A stretch of 64,000 bases of DNA. It comes from an uncultured Melioribacter sp. GTDB lineage: Bacteria; Bacteroidota; Ignavibacteria; Kapaibacteriales; Kapaibacteriaceae. Below the pieces are notes generated by a model that had not been told where the DNA came from, made no database searches, and was given only the letters and a program-made list of their open reading frames with translations. The position numbers and the translations under genes are program-made. The stretch spans positions 229,997-293,996 of the forward strand of contig CAYXKK010000001.1 of the NCBI GenBank assembly GCA_964465685.1. Direction: 5' to 3'. Positions 31,534-42,011 of the stretch are shown here, in pieces. Position 1 is the stretch's first letter. Each line of letters begins with the position of its first letter.

Positions 31534-34500
31534 GCAATCCGTCCTGTTCACGCTCGTGAACCTTCGCAGAACCTGTTGCCGGACTTGCTGACGCTGAACG
31601 TCCCGCATAGCGCAGTCGCTGATTATCGCCGAGTGCATCAAGCATATGAGGCTGTACAAAAGTCCATGCGCCCATATTCTTTGGCTCTTCCTGACACCAT
31701 ACAACGTCCGTCGCATGTGCATACCGCGCAAGGATCGCCGTCATGCCTTCTTGATGGAACGGATGAATCTGCTCAAGGCGTACGATGGCAACATGTGATG
31801 CGCCCAAGTCAGTACGCTTCTTTACGAGTTCGTTGTAGATCTTACCCGTACACACAACGACACGTTTCACAGTCGATGCGTCAGATACCGTAGGGTCGTC
31901 AAGAATCTCGTGGTATGAACCATTGACCAATTCAGAAAGCTCCGATTGGAAGATGCGAAGGTATCCCTTCGGCGTCATGATGATCATTGGCTTGCGCCAT
32001 TCGGCCTTCACCTGACGACGCAGCGCATGGAAATAGTTCGCCGGCGAGGTGAAGTTGCAGACAAGCATGTTGTCTTGCGCACACAACTGGAGGAAACGCT
32101 CAAGACGTGCACTTGAGTGCTCCGGTCCTTGACCATCATAACCGTGTGGGAGAAGAACCGTTAGGTTACTGCGCTGTCCCCACTTCTCTTCAGCACTTGA
32201 AACGAACTGATCGAATACGATCTGCGCACCGTTCGCGAAATCACCGAACTGTGCTTCCCAAATCGTGATGCCATCCTTTGCCACTGTGCTGTATCCGTAT
32301 TCGAATCCAAGCACCGCGTATTCAGAAAGCGGCGAATCGTGGATGTGCAGTTTTTGGATCGCACCAATATCATTGAGTGGGACGTGCCGTGTATCTGTCA
32401 TGCCATCGCGATGGACAGCTTGACGGTGATTGAACGTGCCGCGACCACTGTCTTGTCCACTAATCCGCACAGAGTGCCCTTCACGAAGCAATGAGCCGAA
32501 TGCAAGTGCCTCGGCCATGCCCCATTGCACGTGACCTTGATCGAACGACGCAAGACGTTTTTCTGCTTCAGCCTTCACCTTCGGATGGATGTTGAATCCT
32601 TCCGGCACCGATGTAACAGCCTTTGCAATCGTTGCCAACTCTTGATGAGCTACTGATGTTGCAACAGGCGCGAAGTAGGAGAACTGCGGAGTCACGGCAG
32701 GTGCGCTTACCGCCGACGTACGGTTGTCATACGCTGTGGCTAACACCGAGAGTTCATGATCAACGATAGACTTGAGTGCGTCTTCTGTTGCAATGCGCTC
32801 AACCAAGAGACGATGTCCGTACACTTTACGAACTGGCTCGAGGTTGCGGATCTTCTTGTACAACAGTGGCTGCGTCGCCGTCGGATCATCTTGCTCGTTG
32901 TGGCCGTACTTGCGGAAGCAGTACATGTCGATAACGACATCGTTGCCAAACGCCTGTCGATACGCAAAGGCAAACGCAGCAGCTGCACGACATGCCTCTG
33001 GATCATATCCATCGACGTGCAAGATCGGCACCTGCAACATCTTCGAAACAGCAGACGCGTAATGCGTAGAGCGTGAGTCTTCCGGCGATGTCGTAAAGCC
33101 AATCTGATTGTTGATGATGATGTGGATCGTTCCGCCGGTTGCATATCCAGTCAGACGCGCCATGTTCAGCGTTTCCGGCACAACACCTTGTCCGGCAAAC
33201 GCAGCGTCACCGTGAATCAGGATTGGCATCACCGTGCTGTACGTTTCATCACGATACTGGTCATCAAGCGCTCGCGCAATACCTTCCACGACGGGATTCA
33301 CTGCTTCGAGGTGACTCGGGTTCGGAGCCAGAACCATTGGGAGCGACTTGCCATTCTCTGCAACGTACATCCCCTTGGCACCTAGGTGATACTTCACGTC
33401 GCCCGATCCCTGGAATGACTCTGGATCGATCTTGCCTTCGAACTCGTTGAAGATTCGCTCAAGGGGCTTGCCCATCATGTTTGCAAGAACATTGATGCGA
33501 CCACGGTGCGCCATGCCGAGCACAGCGCCAGACAGCCCTTGTATAGCTGCCTGCTGGAGCACTTGATCAAGAATGATCATCGTGCTTTCGCCCCCTTCAA
33601 GAGAGAAGCGCTTTGCACCGAGAAACTTCGTGTGAAGGAAGTTTTCTAGGTTCTCCGCACGAGCAAGCTTGCGGAATGTGTCGAGCTTAATCTCTGGTGT
33701 AAGGGAAATCTTGAGATGCGTCCCTTCGACGTACTCACGGATCCATTGCTTCTGATCCGGATCCTGCACGTGCATGTACTCTATCCCAATGTGATCGCAG
33801 TACGTATCACGAAGCATGTCGATGATCTCACGCAACGTTGCGCGCTTTACGCCACCAAGACCACCCGTGTCGAATTCACGGTCGAGATCCCAGATCGTGA
33901 AGTTATAGTGCGCTGGATCAAGCTCTGGATAGTAGTACGCTTCGTGACCAAGTGGATTGATGCTTGCAAGGAGATGACCACGCACACGATATGCGTTGAT
34001 CATCTGCACAACGCGACCTTCCTTGTCGATCACTTCCGGCTGATCTTGCTGCAAGAACGGATTAGCACCCTTTTCGACTGACCAGCGAAGGGGCTCAAAT
34101 GGAATGTCGAGCGCAGCATACAGCTGATCGTAGAATCGGTGATCTCCAAGGAGAAGCTGGTGAATGTACTGAAGGAACTCGCCCGATTCCGCTCCTTGGA
34201 TAACCCGGTGATCGTACGTCGATGTGATCGTAACAACCTTCGACACAGCAAGTGTTGCAAGGACATCCGGCATCATTGCCTGAAACTCTGCAGGATACTC
34301 GATAGCACCTGCAGCGACAATCGTCCCTTGTCCGTCCATCAGACGTGGAACCGACATGCCGGTGCCGATACCACCTGGGTTCGTCAACGTGATGTTGGCA
34401 CCAGTAAGATCTTCCGGCGTCAACTTGTTGGTGCGGGCACGTTGGATGAGATCATCGTACGCACGTGCAAACTCATCAAAGGTCAGACGTTCGCAGTGCT

Positions 34501-35089
34501 TGATGCTCGGAACCAAAAGAATCCGAGATCCGTCTTTCCGCGTCGTGTCTACCGCCAACCCGAGGTTGATGCCAGCGCGCTCGACACGCATTGGCTTGCC
34601 ATTTTCGACGCCATATGAACACTTCATTGACGGATGGCGCTCGGCCGACTTTACAATCGCCCATGCAAGGATGTGCGTAAAGGAGAGCTTTGGACGACGC
34701 TTCTTTGCGAGCAGATTGTTGGCAATACGACGGTTTTCTTCGAGTGCCTTTACAGGCACATTCCGAACGCTTGTTGCCGTTGGCACGCGGAGCGACGCTT
34801 CCATGTTCTCGGCAATCTTGCCACCGATCGAGGAGAGCGGGACGAGTGTGTCGCCTTCACCTAGCGCTGGGAGGCGCGTGGTGTGTCCATTCGAACCGGA
34901 CACCGTTGCAGGAGTCGAAGCTGCAACTGCTCGGGGCGCAGCTGCCTGCGCGACGGCAGCGCTTGCCGCTGGTGCTGTCTCTGGTGTGTACGATGCGAAA
35001 AATGTTCGCCATTCAGGTGACACAGATTCTGGATTCCGAAGGTATTCGAAATACAGCTCATCGACATAGGCACTGTTCATCGACATCAT
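31514..35089 (-). CDS. sucA: 2-oxoglutarate dehydrogenase E1 component of the multifunctional Kgd/OdhA type (N-terminal E2 acyltransferase-like catalytic domain fused to E1)
   Basis: 1191 aa. Residues about 220-330 carry the 2-oxoacid dehydrogenase acyltransferase catalytic signature (TLTNPGGIG...STYDHRVIQGAESGEFL, DHRxxDG). Downstream are the full E1 ThDP-binding and transketolase-like domains. Confidence 0.88.
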   Translation of the reverse strand: MMSMNSAYVDELYFEYLRNPESVSPEWRTFFASYTPETAPAASAAVAQAAAPRAVAASTPATVSGSNGHTTRLPALGEGDTLVPLSSIGGKIAENMEASLRVPTATSVRNVPVKALEENRRIANNLLAKKRRPKLSFTHILAWAIVKSAERHPSMKCSYGVENGKPMRVERAGINLGLAVDTTRKDGSRILLVPSIKHCERLTFDEFARAYDDLIQRARTNKLTPEDLTGANITLTNPGGIGTGMSVPRLMDGQGTIVAAGAIEYPAEFQAMMPDVLATLAVSKVVTITSTYDHRVIQGAESGEFLQYIHQLLLGDHRFYDQLYAALDIPFEPLRWSVEKGANPFLQQDQPEVIDKEGRVVQMINAYRVRGHLLASINPLGHEAYYYPELDPAHYNFTIWDLDREFDTGGLGGVKRATLREIIDMLRDTYCDHIGIEYMHVQDPDQKQWIREYVEGTHLKISLTPEIKLDTFRKLARAENLENFLHTKFLGAKRFSLEGGESTMIILDQVLQQAAIQGLSGAVLGMAHRGRINVLANMMGKPLERIFNEFEGKIDPESFQGSGDVKYHLGAKGMYVAENGKSLPMVLAPNPSHLEAVNPVVEGIARALDDQYRDETYSTVMPILIHGDAAFAGQGVVPETLNMARLTGYATGGTIHIIINNQIGFTTSPEDSRSTHYASAVSKMLQVPILHVDGYDPEACRAAAAFAFAYRQAFGNDVVIDMYCFRKYGHNEQDDPTATQPLLYKKIRNLEPVRKVYGHRLLVERIATEDALKSIVDHELSVLATAYDNRTSAVSAPAVTPQFSYFAPVATSVAHQELATIAKAVTSVPEGFNIHPKVKAEAEKRLASFDQGHVQWGMAEALAFGSLLREGHSVRISGQDSGRGTFNHRQAVHRDGMTDTRHVPLNDIGAIQKLHIHDSPLSEYAVLGFEYGYSTVAKDGITIWEAQFGDFANGAQIVFDQFVSSAEEKWGQRSNLTVLLPHGYDGQGPEHSSARLERFLQLCAQDNMLVCNFTSPANYFHALRRQVKAEWRKPMIIMTPKGYLRIFQSELSELVNGSYHEILDDPTVSDASTVKRVVVCTGKIYNELVKKRTDLGASHVAIVRLEQIHPFHQEGMTAILARYAHATDVVWCQEEPKNMGAWTFVQPHMLDALGDNQRLRYAGRSASASPATGSAKVHEREQDGLLSEAIA

Positions 35090-35135
35090 GGCCGAGGATC
35101 TTCCAATTGTACTCTAAGAATTGCCACAAAATTAC

Positions 35136-35879
35136 TCACTTTCCTGCCATTGGACGCAGTCCAATAAATGCCAACATTCTGCCTGCTCGAATACTGTCCC
35201 GACGGTGTGAATGCCACTGTGTGTCAGTAATCGTGCACGATCGATCGCACACAATCGATGATGGACGTATTCCAGCCGCACGGAGCTGAGCCGAGATTGC
35301 CGCGTGGTTGTCAAACGTCCATTGTGACGTCGAATCTAGAACTGGAGTGCAATAGTCAGGGAGAACCGATGCAACGTCTTCTCGTACCTCGTACACATCA
35401 CCCGAGGCACACGGTGAGAGCCATGCATGCACATCCGACGCCTGCGTTCCATAGGCAGTGTGCATGGTTGTGAGAACAGCACCTACGATGTTTCCCGCCG
35501 TCCCCCTCCAACCGGAGTGGACCGCCGCAACCGCCCGGTGTACGGGATCGACGAGGAGCACACCACAGCAGTCAGCAAGCTTCACGCCTAGCACCCAACG
35601 CTCGCAATTGGTCACTAGCGCGTCGGCGTGGATAGTTACATCGGGTCGCTCTTCATCAACCACGATAACAGAAGTTCCATGCACTTGCGTCACCGTCACA
35701 ATGTCTTCACGACGGATCGCAAGGTGCTTGGCAAGCTCTGCATAGGAGCGTTCAACATCCTCAGCTGACGATGACGGAGTGTGTCCGAACGAATACCCGG
35801 GCCATGGCAACACTGACGTGTCGACCATCGTCACGCCACTGCGCACGTCAGTTCGGTCGATTGCTGTTCGAATCTGCAT
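35136..35879 (-). CDS. pgeF: Peptidoglycan editing factor PgeF (YfiH/DUF152, laccase-domain protein)
   Basis: AAVHSGWRGTAGNIVGAV fits the DUF152 consensus. The start may be the internal Met at 35828, which would remove the overlap with comEC. Confidence 0.75.
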   Translation of the reverse strand: MQIRTAIDRTDVRSGVTMVDTSVLPWPGYSFGHTPSSSAEDVERSYAELAKHLAIRREDIVTVTQVHGTSVIVVDEERPDVTIHADALVTNCERWVLGVKLADCCGVLLVDPVHRAVAAVHSGWRGTAGNIVGAVLTTMHTAYGTQASDVHAWLSPCASGDVYEVREDVASVLPDYCTPVLDSTSQWTFDNHAAISAQLRAAGIRPSSIVCDRSCTITDTQWHSHRRDSIRAGRMLAFIGLRPMAGK

Positions 35880-37683
35880 GCGTCGAACCTACGACAACAT
35901 GCTGAATTCGCGCAGCCATCCGTCTCCCCCATCGTCCAACGCCACCAGCGATCACTGCACCCTGCCGGTAGCGTGACCATTGTATCACGCGCGTGTCGAG
36001 TGGATCGGTCCCACTCCCAATTATGAGTATGCGTGTGGTGTCAGTCGACGACACGCCAACAATGCAGCGTGTACGCTGTCGATACACCCACAGTTGCTCC
36101 GTGTGTGATGCAGGAAACAGATGCACCGATGCAGTGAGCGCAAGCGCGACACACCACCGAAGGACAGCGCCGACAGAGGTTTGTGCGATAAGCGGCCACC
36201 ACCAAACGCATGTGCAGAGCGATGCAATCAGCCAGAGGTTGTCCTCGCAACGCACAAGATTCTCGAGGTACACGAAGCATTGGAGAATGAAGTCCGTGAT
36301 CACGAGTAGTAGATGCATAACCTGTGCAACAGGTTCTGCCATACCGACCACGGAAGCGAGCACAAACAGTGGTGCAACCACGAACACCAGACTCAGCAGT
36401 GGTACGACGATGCCGTTTGCGATCACGGAGAATACCGCTACCTGTTCGAAGGTGATCAGCGACGGCAGCACAATAGCGGTCGTTGCTGCAACACTTACAC
36501 TGACTACAGATGCACACGCAGCAATGCTTCGCGATGACGACGGTACAAGCATCATTGCGTAGCGCTTCCAGAGAGGAGCAAGAACAAGGATCCCCGCAAC
36601 AGCAGACACAGATAGAATCGTTGAAGCAGTGTCGAGCGACCATGGATCGGCGATCGTTAGGACCAGCACGCTACCTGCGAGGAGATTCAATCCATCAACA
36701 TCCCATTCGCGCCAGCGAGCAACTATGAGTGCTATGCCCATGACCGCTGCGCGCAGAGCCGGGATTTCGGCACCTGTGAGAAACACGTATGCGACAATCA
36801 GTGTGGCGCACGCGAACACCAGTGCACTTCCTCTCCATCGGCTTAGCACGAGCAGAATGAGCGTGAACATCAATCCCACATGTGAGCCGCTCACCGACAA
36901 CATATGAGCAGTGCCGGTACGCTGATACATAGTCATCTGCTCTCGGTCGATGCCCGATCGATCACCAAGTGCAAGAGCAAAAACAACCCCTGCATCAGCA
37001 TCAGACAGGTCCCGCGTAACAAGGTCACGCGTCCAGCTACGTATCTGTGATCGGACTCGTTGATGGAACGGTGGATCGCATACGAGATGCGAGCTGGCCG
37101 ATTCTGCTATGAATGAAACGCCTACCTGATGTGCAATGTCGCGCTCATCAACTTCATCAGGCAACCCAGGTGCGGACGGACGACGAATACGTGCGTAGAC
37201 GATGCGCTGCTCACCTGTCGCAATCGCTTCCGATGGATGTCGTTCAGTGCACATCGACGTTGTGATACAGCACGGCAAGTCACGTGCGTCGGTGTGTCCC
37301 TCAATGATGTAGGTCACCCGTGACGGCGATTGCCGCAGAACACGGGTTACCGTACCCTCGATACGGCACGGGATCGACTGTCGGAGGTATGAGTGTTGGG
37401 GGGCGATGCGCGGAACTGCAAGTGTAACCGCACAAACAGCGATAAGCACACATGAGCAGCAGAGACTTGCCAAGCAGCGACCCTTCAGTAACAGTGTGAC
37501 AGCCGCCGCAAGCAGCAAACCCATCCCCGGGATATACAGCTCAGGGCCTAGGGACACGTCTCGCAGCATCAGGACACTGCCACAGACTAGCACGCATGGG
37601 ACGATAAGGGGGCGTCTACGCATACCTATCAGAGCCCATTCATCGCTGGGCTGTGACAGGTCTGTAGGTGTTGAAAACTTCAC
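35848..37683 (-). CDS. comEC: DNA internalization-related competence protein ComEC/Rec2 (membrane channel domain, no C-terminal metallo-beta-lactamase domain evident)
   Basis: Polytopic membrane protein with the competence domain (MFTLILLVLSRWRGS...IPALRAAVMG). Confidence 0.75.
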   Translation of the reverse strand: MKFSTPTDLSQPSDEWALIGMRRRPLIVPCVLVCGSVLMLRDVSLGPELYIPGMGLLLAAAVTLLLKGRCLASLCCSCVLIAVCAVTLAVPRIAPQHSYLRQSIPCRIEGTVTRVLRQSPSRVTYIIEGHTDARDLPCCITTSMCTERHPSEAIATGEQRIVYARIRRPSAPGLPDEVDERDIAHQVGVSFIAESASSHLVCDPPFHQRVRSQIRSWTRDLVTRDLSDADAGVVFALALGDRSGIDREQMTMYQRTGTAHMLSVSGSHVGLMFTLILLVLSRWRGSALVFACATLIVAYVFLTGAEIPALRAAVMGIALIVARWREWDVDGLNLLAGSVLVLTIADPWSLDTASTILSVSAVAGILVLAPLWKRYAMMLVPSSSRSIAACASVVSVSVAATTAIVLPSLITFEQVAVFSVIANGIVVPLLSLVFVVAPLFVLASVVGMAEPVAQVMHLLLVITDFILQCFVYLENLVRCEDNLWLIASLCTCVWWWPLIAQTSVGAVLRWCVALALTASVHLFPASHTEQLWVYRQRTRCIVGVSSTDTTRILIIGSGTDPLDTRVIQWSRYRQGAVIAGGVGRWGRRMAARIQHVVVGSTHADSNSNRPN

Positions 37684-37797
37684 TCCTTCTCGGGGGATCC
37701 CCTGGCGGTATTTTCGAAGCTGTCACGCTGTGCGCTCGTGGTAGCCCTATCGTGACAATTCCCTCTTCGATAACTCGAATCTATTAAGGATACTCTC

Positions 37798-38856
37798 ATG
37801 AGTCAGGAAGCAAAGGCACCGAAAGAACCAGCAGCAGCAGCGAAGGTAAATGAAGCCAAGGTGAAGGCAGCACAACTCGCGATGGAGCAGATAGAAAAGG
37901 CCTTTGGTAAGGGCTCGATCATGCGCCTGAGCGATGAGCAATCCGTTGATATCGAAGCGATCTCGACTGGATGTCTCTCACTTGACGCTGCCATCGGCAT
38001 CGGCGGTGTACCTCGTGGCCGTATCGTTGAAATCTACGGACCTGAATCATCTGGTAAGACGACGGTGTGTTTGCAGGTGATTGCCGAGGCTCAAAAGGCT
38101 GGTGGTCTTGCAGCATTTGTCGACACAGAGCACGCCCTCGACGTTAAGTATGCACAACGTTTGGGTGTTGATCTCAACAACCTCCTTCTTTCGCAGCCAG
38201 AGTTCGGTGAGCAAGCCCTCGAAATCGTTGAAACACTCGTTCGTTCAGGAGCTATTGACGTTGTGATCGTCGACTCCGTTGCTGCGCTCACACCACGTGT
38301 TGAGATTGAGGGCGACATGGGCGACGCACAGATGGGCTCGCAAGCACGTCTGATGAGCCAGGCAATGCGCAAGCTCAATGCAGCGATCGGACGGTCAAAC
38401 ACAACGGTGATCTTCACGAACCAGCTTCGTTCGAAGATCGGTGTCATGTACGGTAATCCGGAGACGACAACTGGCGGTAACGCGCTCAAGTACTATGCTT
38501 CGGTACGGATTGACGTTCGTCGTAAGGACGTCATCAAGGATGGACAGGATATCGTCGGTAATCGCGTGCGCGCCAAAGTTGTCAAGAACAAGGTTGCTCC
38601 TCCGTTCCGTGAAGCTGAATTCGACATCATGTACAACGAAGGCATTTCACGCCTTGGTGATATGATCGACGTCGCGGTAGAATCGGGCATCATCACGAAG
38701 TCTGGATCATGGTTCTCGTTCAATGATGAACGCGTGCAGGGTCGCGACGGCATGCGGAAGCTACTCACTGAGAATGCGCCACTCTATGCTGCATTGGATC
38801 AGGCTGTGCGCGATGCACTCCATCTGCCAACACCGCAGGCATCATCGAAGAAGTAA
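37798..38856 (+). CDS. recA: Recombinase RecA
   Basis: GPESSGKTT Walker A, and otherwise the canonical RecA sequence. Confidence 0.97.
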   Translation: MSQEAKAPKEPAAAAKVNEAKVKAAQLAMEQIEKAFGKGSIMRLSDEQSVDIEAISTGCLSLDAAIGIGGVPRGRIVEIYGPESSGKTTVCLQVIAEAQKAGGLAAFVDTEHALDVKYAQRLGVDLNNLLLSQPEFGEQALEIVETLVRSGAIDVVIVDSVAALTPRVEIEGDMGDAQMGSQARLMSQAMRKLNAAIGRSNTTVIFTNQLRSKIGVMYGNPETTTGGNALKYYASVRIDVRRKDVIKDGQDIVGNRVRAKVVKNKVAPPFREAEFDIMYNEGISRLGDMIDVAVESGIITKSGSWFSFNDERVQGRDGMRKLLTENAPLYAALDQAVRDALHLPTPQASSKK

Positions 38857-38859
38857 CCC

Positions 38860-41004
38860 ATGGGCATCGTTACGGCAGTTCGGAGAAACGTGAAAAACCC
38901 CTCACGATGCTCTGTATTTGTCGACGACGAGTTTCTTGCAGCGTGTCCTATTGATGTAGCGTTGTCACTCGGTATCCGGAAGGGTATCGAGTTGACAGCC
39001 GACCTTGAGCATCAACTTCGACGCGAAGACAAGCGCATTGTCATGCGTCAGAAAGCATACCGCTTTGCGACGTATAAACCTCGTACCGAGCATCAGGTGC
39101 GTGCATTTCTTGCCACAAAGGAACTCACGCCCGAGGAAGTGGACGATGTGATGTCGTGGATTGTGGAGTTTCGCCTGATCGATGATGCGGCGTATGTTGA
39201 GCGATTCCTTTCCGCAGCATTTGAGCGCAAGCCACTATCGCGTCTCATGGCCCGTCGAACACTGCTGAAAAAAGGCATCCCCGATGCACTTCTTGCACCG
39301 GCACTTGAGCGCTGGTACTCGCAGGAGGCAACTGAAGACGTAGCATACCGTGCAGCTGTCAAGAAACTGCGGATGCTGACTACTGCACCTCCATCAGAGA
39401 AAGAGTCGAAACTGATCAGGTTCCTTCAATACCGCGCCTATCCTTGGTCAACTGTCAAGCAGATTGTCGAGCGGCTCAAGTCCGAAGATCTGCTCGCCTT
39501 GTTCATCGTGTTGGTATGCTGTTCACTACCTGCCGTGGCACAGCAGGATACATGCGGACGCATGCGCCTGCCTGATGCAATCAACAGCTTTCAGCCGACG
39601 ACGATGCCCGTGCTTGACGCGTTCGGCACGTTGTATGTCGACCGCAAGTTGCATCCTGAAAATCGTGACGGCGGTGTCCGCGATCCCGATGATGTGTGGG
39701 TTGCACAGCGTCGTGATGGTCAGACATTTTCGGAACTCGCCCACTCACCGATCACCACGGATATTCAACCAGATGTCATCTTCTGGGTGTCGGCAGATGG
39801 ACTCGATGCGCTGGCGGTCGGACCGTATGCACCAGCAGGCAGCGTGTCACGGTCGCTCGTCCTCCTCGCACGCAAGACTCCACAGTCTCGCTTTGATAGC
39901 GTGCACATCATCCGGATTCCGGATGTCGTCGACCTCGGTCGGAACTTCTATGCGTCGATGACCGAGGATCGATCAACGATTATTCTCGCCCTCGAACGTG
40001 CTGAGGGACGTGGAGGTCTCGATCTCTATGTCTCGCGTTTCTGCGAAGGTGCGTGGTCCCGACCATTGCACCTGGGTCCAACTGTGAATACCCCTGCCTT
40101 CGATGGAGCACCATGGCTGAGTGCGGATGGACGCACCCTCTACTTCGCATCAAGTGGACGTGAAGACAGGTTGGGCAAGGCAGACTTGTATGTGACTCGC
40201 CGCTTGGACTCAACGTGGACAACATGGTCTGCTCCACTGAATCTCGGTCCTTGCGTGAACTCAATTGAAGATGAAACTGCTATTTCACTCCTCCCTACCG
40301 GCGACTCAGCACTCATCCACTCGTGGGATGCCGAATCTGGTCGGCCTGGTATTTACCTTGTCTCCCTACCCGCGTCGGTGCGTCCGGAGCCAGCGATGAC
40401 CGTCTCGTGTCGCGTCGTCGATGCCATTACCCGGGTACCCGTCCCGAATGCACGTCTTGACGTGCAGACGCACCCATGCCATGCATGGACGGTGCGCTAT
40501 GATTCTGCGCACGCCACGTTCACGACCGTTCTTCCCCAACGATGCACTGCAACGCTACGTGCTTCGGCTGCATTCATGACGTCAAGCTCGAGTGTGCTTC
40601 GATTGCAGACACTGGATTCAACATCAACCACATCGCTTACGATTTCGCTGTTCAACCAAGCGGAGCCAATCGCATCGCTGTACTTTGATCGTGGAAGTTC
40701 GGTTCCCTCGCAGGCAGATCGCGACACGTTACAACGCATCGTCAACCTGGTGCGCGGACGAGGTGTGGGACTTCACGCCATTGGATACACCGACCGCATA
40801 GGATCCGATGCAGCAAACCGCGAGCTCTCCCGTCAGCGCGCATCAGTAGTAGCAGACGCGCTCGTATCGCTCGGTCTTGATGCATCGTTGATTGAATCCG
40901 TCGGACGTGGTGTTGCACATGGCAGTTCGAAGCTTCGCAACGAAGAACACCCGCAGAGCCGCCGTGTCGACGTTTACGTCAGGACGCAATCACGGGGTGA
41001 GTAA
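38860..41004 (+). CDS. recX: RecX (N-terminal ~215 aa) fused in frame to a PorE-like periplasmic module (PD40/TolB-like beta-propeller repeats, CarboxypepD_reg-like segment and C-terminal OmpA domain)
   Basis: The N-terminal part matches RecX (KLIRFLQYRAYPWSTVKQIV resembles the E. coli RecX C-terminus). At about aa 215 there is a hydrophobic signal/anchor-like stretch, LLALFIVLVCCSLPAVAQQ. It is followed by PD40-like repeats (LYFAS...ADLYV) and an OmpA C-terminal domain (GYTDRIGSDAANRELSRQRA). There is no stop codon between the parts. Confidence 0.7.
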   Translation: MGIVTAVRRNVKNPSRCSVFVDDEFLAACPIDVALSLGIRKGIELTADLEHQLRREDKRIVMRQKAYRFATYKPRTEHQVRAFLATKELTPEEVDDVMSWIVEFRLIDDAAYVERFLSAAFERKPLSRLMARRTLLKKGIPDALLAPALERWYSQEATEDVAYRAAVKKLRMLTTAPPSEKESKLIRFLQYRAYPWSTVKQIVERLKSEDLLALFIVLVCCSLPAVAQQDTCGRMRLPDAINSFQPTTMPVLDAFGTLYVDRKLHPENRDGGVRDPDDVWVAQRRDGQTFSELAHSPITTDIQPDVIFWVSADGLDALAVGPYAPAGSVSRSLVLLARKTPQSRFDSVHIIRIPDVVDLGRNFYASMTEDRSTIILALERAEGRGGLDLYVSRFCEGAWSRPLHLGPTVNTPAFDGAPWLSADGRTLYFASSGREDRLGKADLYVTRRLDSTWTTWSAPLNLGPCVNSIEDETAISLLPTGDSALIHSWDAESGRPGIYLVSLPASVRPEPAMTVSCRVVDAITRVPVPNARLDVQTHPCHAWTVRYDSAHATFTTVLPQRCTATLRASAAFMTSSSSVLRLQTLDSTSTTSLTISLFNQAEPIASLYFDRGSSVPSQADRDTLQRIVNLVRGRGVGLHAIGYTDRIGSDAANRELSRQRASVVADALVSLGLDASLIESVGRGVAHGSSKLRNEEHPQSRRVDVYVRTQSRGE

Positions 41005-41397
41005 GCTCACCAGCGTGCACGAACACCCGGTCGTGGCCCTGCTCTCCGTGATCAGAACATCCCACGAGTCGTGTGCATGCACGTAGAGAGCCACCTCGTT
41101 TTCACTGTGACGTTCGCAGGCTTCGTCGTGATAGGGCGACCGCCACATGAACTCTTCTGCCGCAATGAGAACGGCCCGCTCAAGATGATCAGAGCCACGG
41201 ACAATGACGATCACTTCGTCTTGACCCGATGGGATATGATCTAGGCGAACGACAATGCGTTGCCATCGATCCCGCTCCTCTAACCACAGATCTCGAACAA
41301 ACGCAGATGCGTCAGCGGCTGGGACAGCTGCATGGACAGCCGGGACCGCCATAGATGTGAGTACCATAAACACCTCCAAAAAAAAAGCGATATACAA
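40990..41397 (-). CDS. Hypothetical small protein (possible secreted; start probably at the internal Met, 41367)
   Basis: ORF between the recX fusion and tRNA-Gly. The alternative start gives MVLTSMAVPAVHAAV. No recognisable domain. Confidence 0.35.
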   Translation of the reverse strand: MYIAFFLEVFMVLTSMAVPAVHAAVPAADASAFVRDLWLEERDRWQRIVVRLDHIPSGQDEVIVIVRGSDHLERAVLIAAEEFMWRSPYHDEACERHSENEVALYVHAHDSWDVLITESRATTGCSCTLVSLLTP

Positions 41398-41456
41398 TCA
41401 ATAACCACCATCTAATGAATCACCAACCACACTATCTCGTACGATCAATACCAGCG

Positions 41457-41529
<73 letters not shown>

Positions 41530-41548
41530 GGACAGGAGAATACATATG

Positions 41549-41913
41549 TGGAGATGCCGGGAGTCGAACCCGGGTCCGAAGTGGAAAATCCGAAGCATGC
41601 CACGTGTGTCTTCGATCTATAGGTTCTCGTCGCCTGGGGCACCGATCGACAGGTCCCACACGACCAGTATCAGTGTTGTCTTACGCTTTGCCCTGCTACA
41701 CAGCTACGCGCCAGCCTGATTCAAGCGTCACCACGGATTGAGAGCAACAGGCGGCTCTCATCGTGATGGCATGGCGTCCTAAGTCTTAGGCGGCCATGCG
41801 ATAACCGAAGTTATCTGCATGTATTGTTCGCCGGTTGTATTAACGAGCTCCACCAGCGTAGCTCGACACGCATCTTCGTGACTGTCTCACCCCGTCGAAA
41901 CCGGTACATCCCC
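41549..41913 (-). ncRNA. ssrA: tmRNA (SsrA)
   Basis: The 5' end is GGGGATGTACCGGTTTCGACGGGG and the 3' end is ...CCGGGTTCGACTCCCGGCATCTCCA. These form a tRNA-Ala-like acceptor stem with a G3-U70 pair, and the T-arm is GGGTTCGACTCCC. There is an internal ORF GCA GAT AAC TTC GGT TAT CGC ATG GCC GCC TAA, giving a predicted tag (A)ADNFGYRMAA. Confidence 0.85.
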
Positions 41914-42011
41914 ATTTCGACTGATCAACATTACAGTACAAAGGTACACCCTTTGCACCGATGGCAACTATGACGAATGTCATACTCGAATGGTGTAACG
42001 TAAAAAAAGAC

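Noticed and set aside
35993-37323. Several 60-200-aa ORFs antisense to comEC
   Set aside because: Cys/His/Arg-rich compositions. comEC itself is continuous with conserved motifs.
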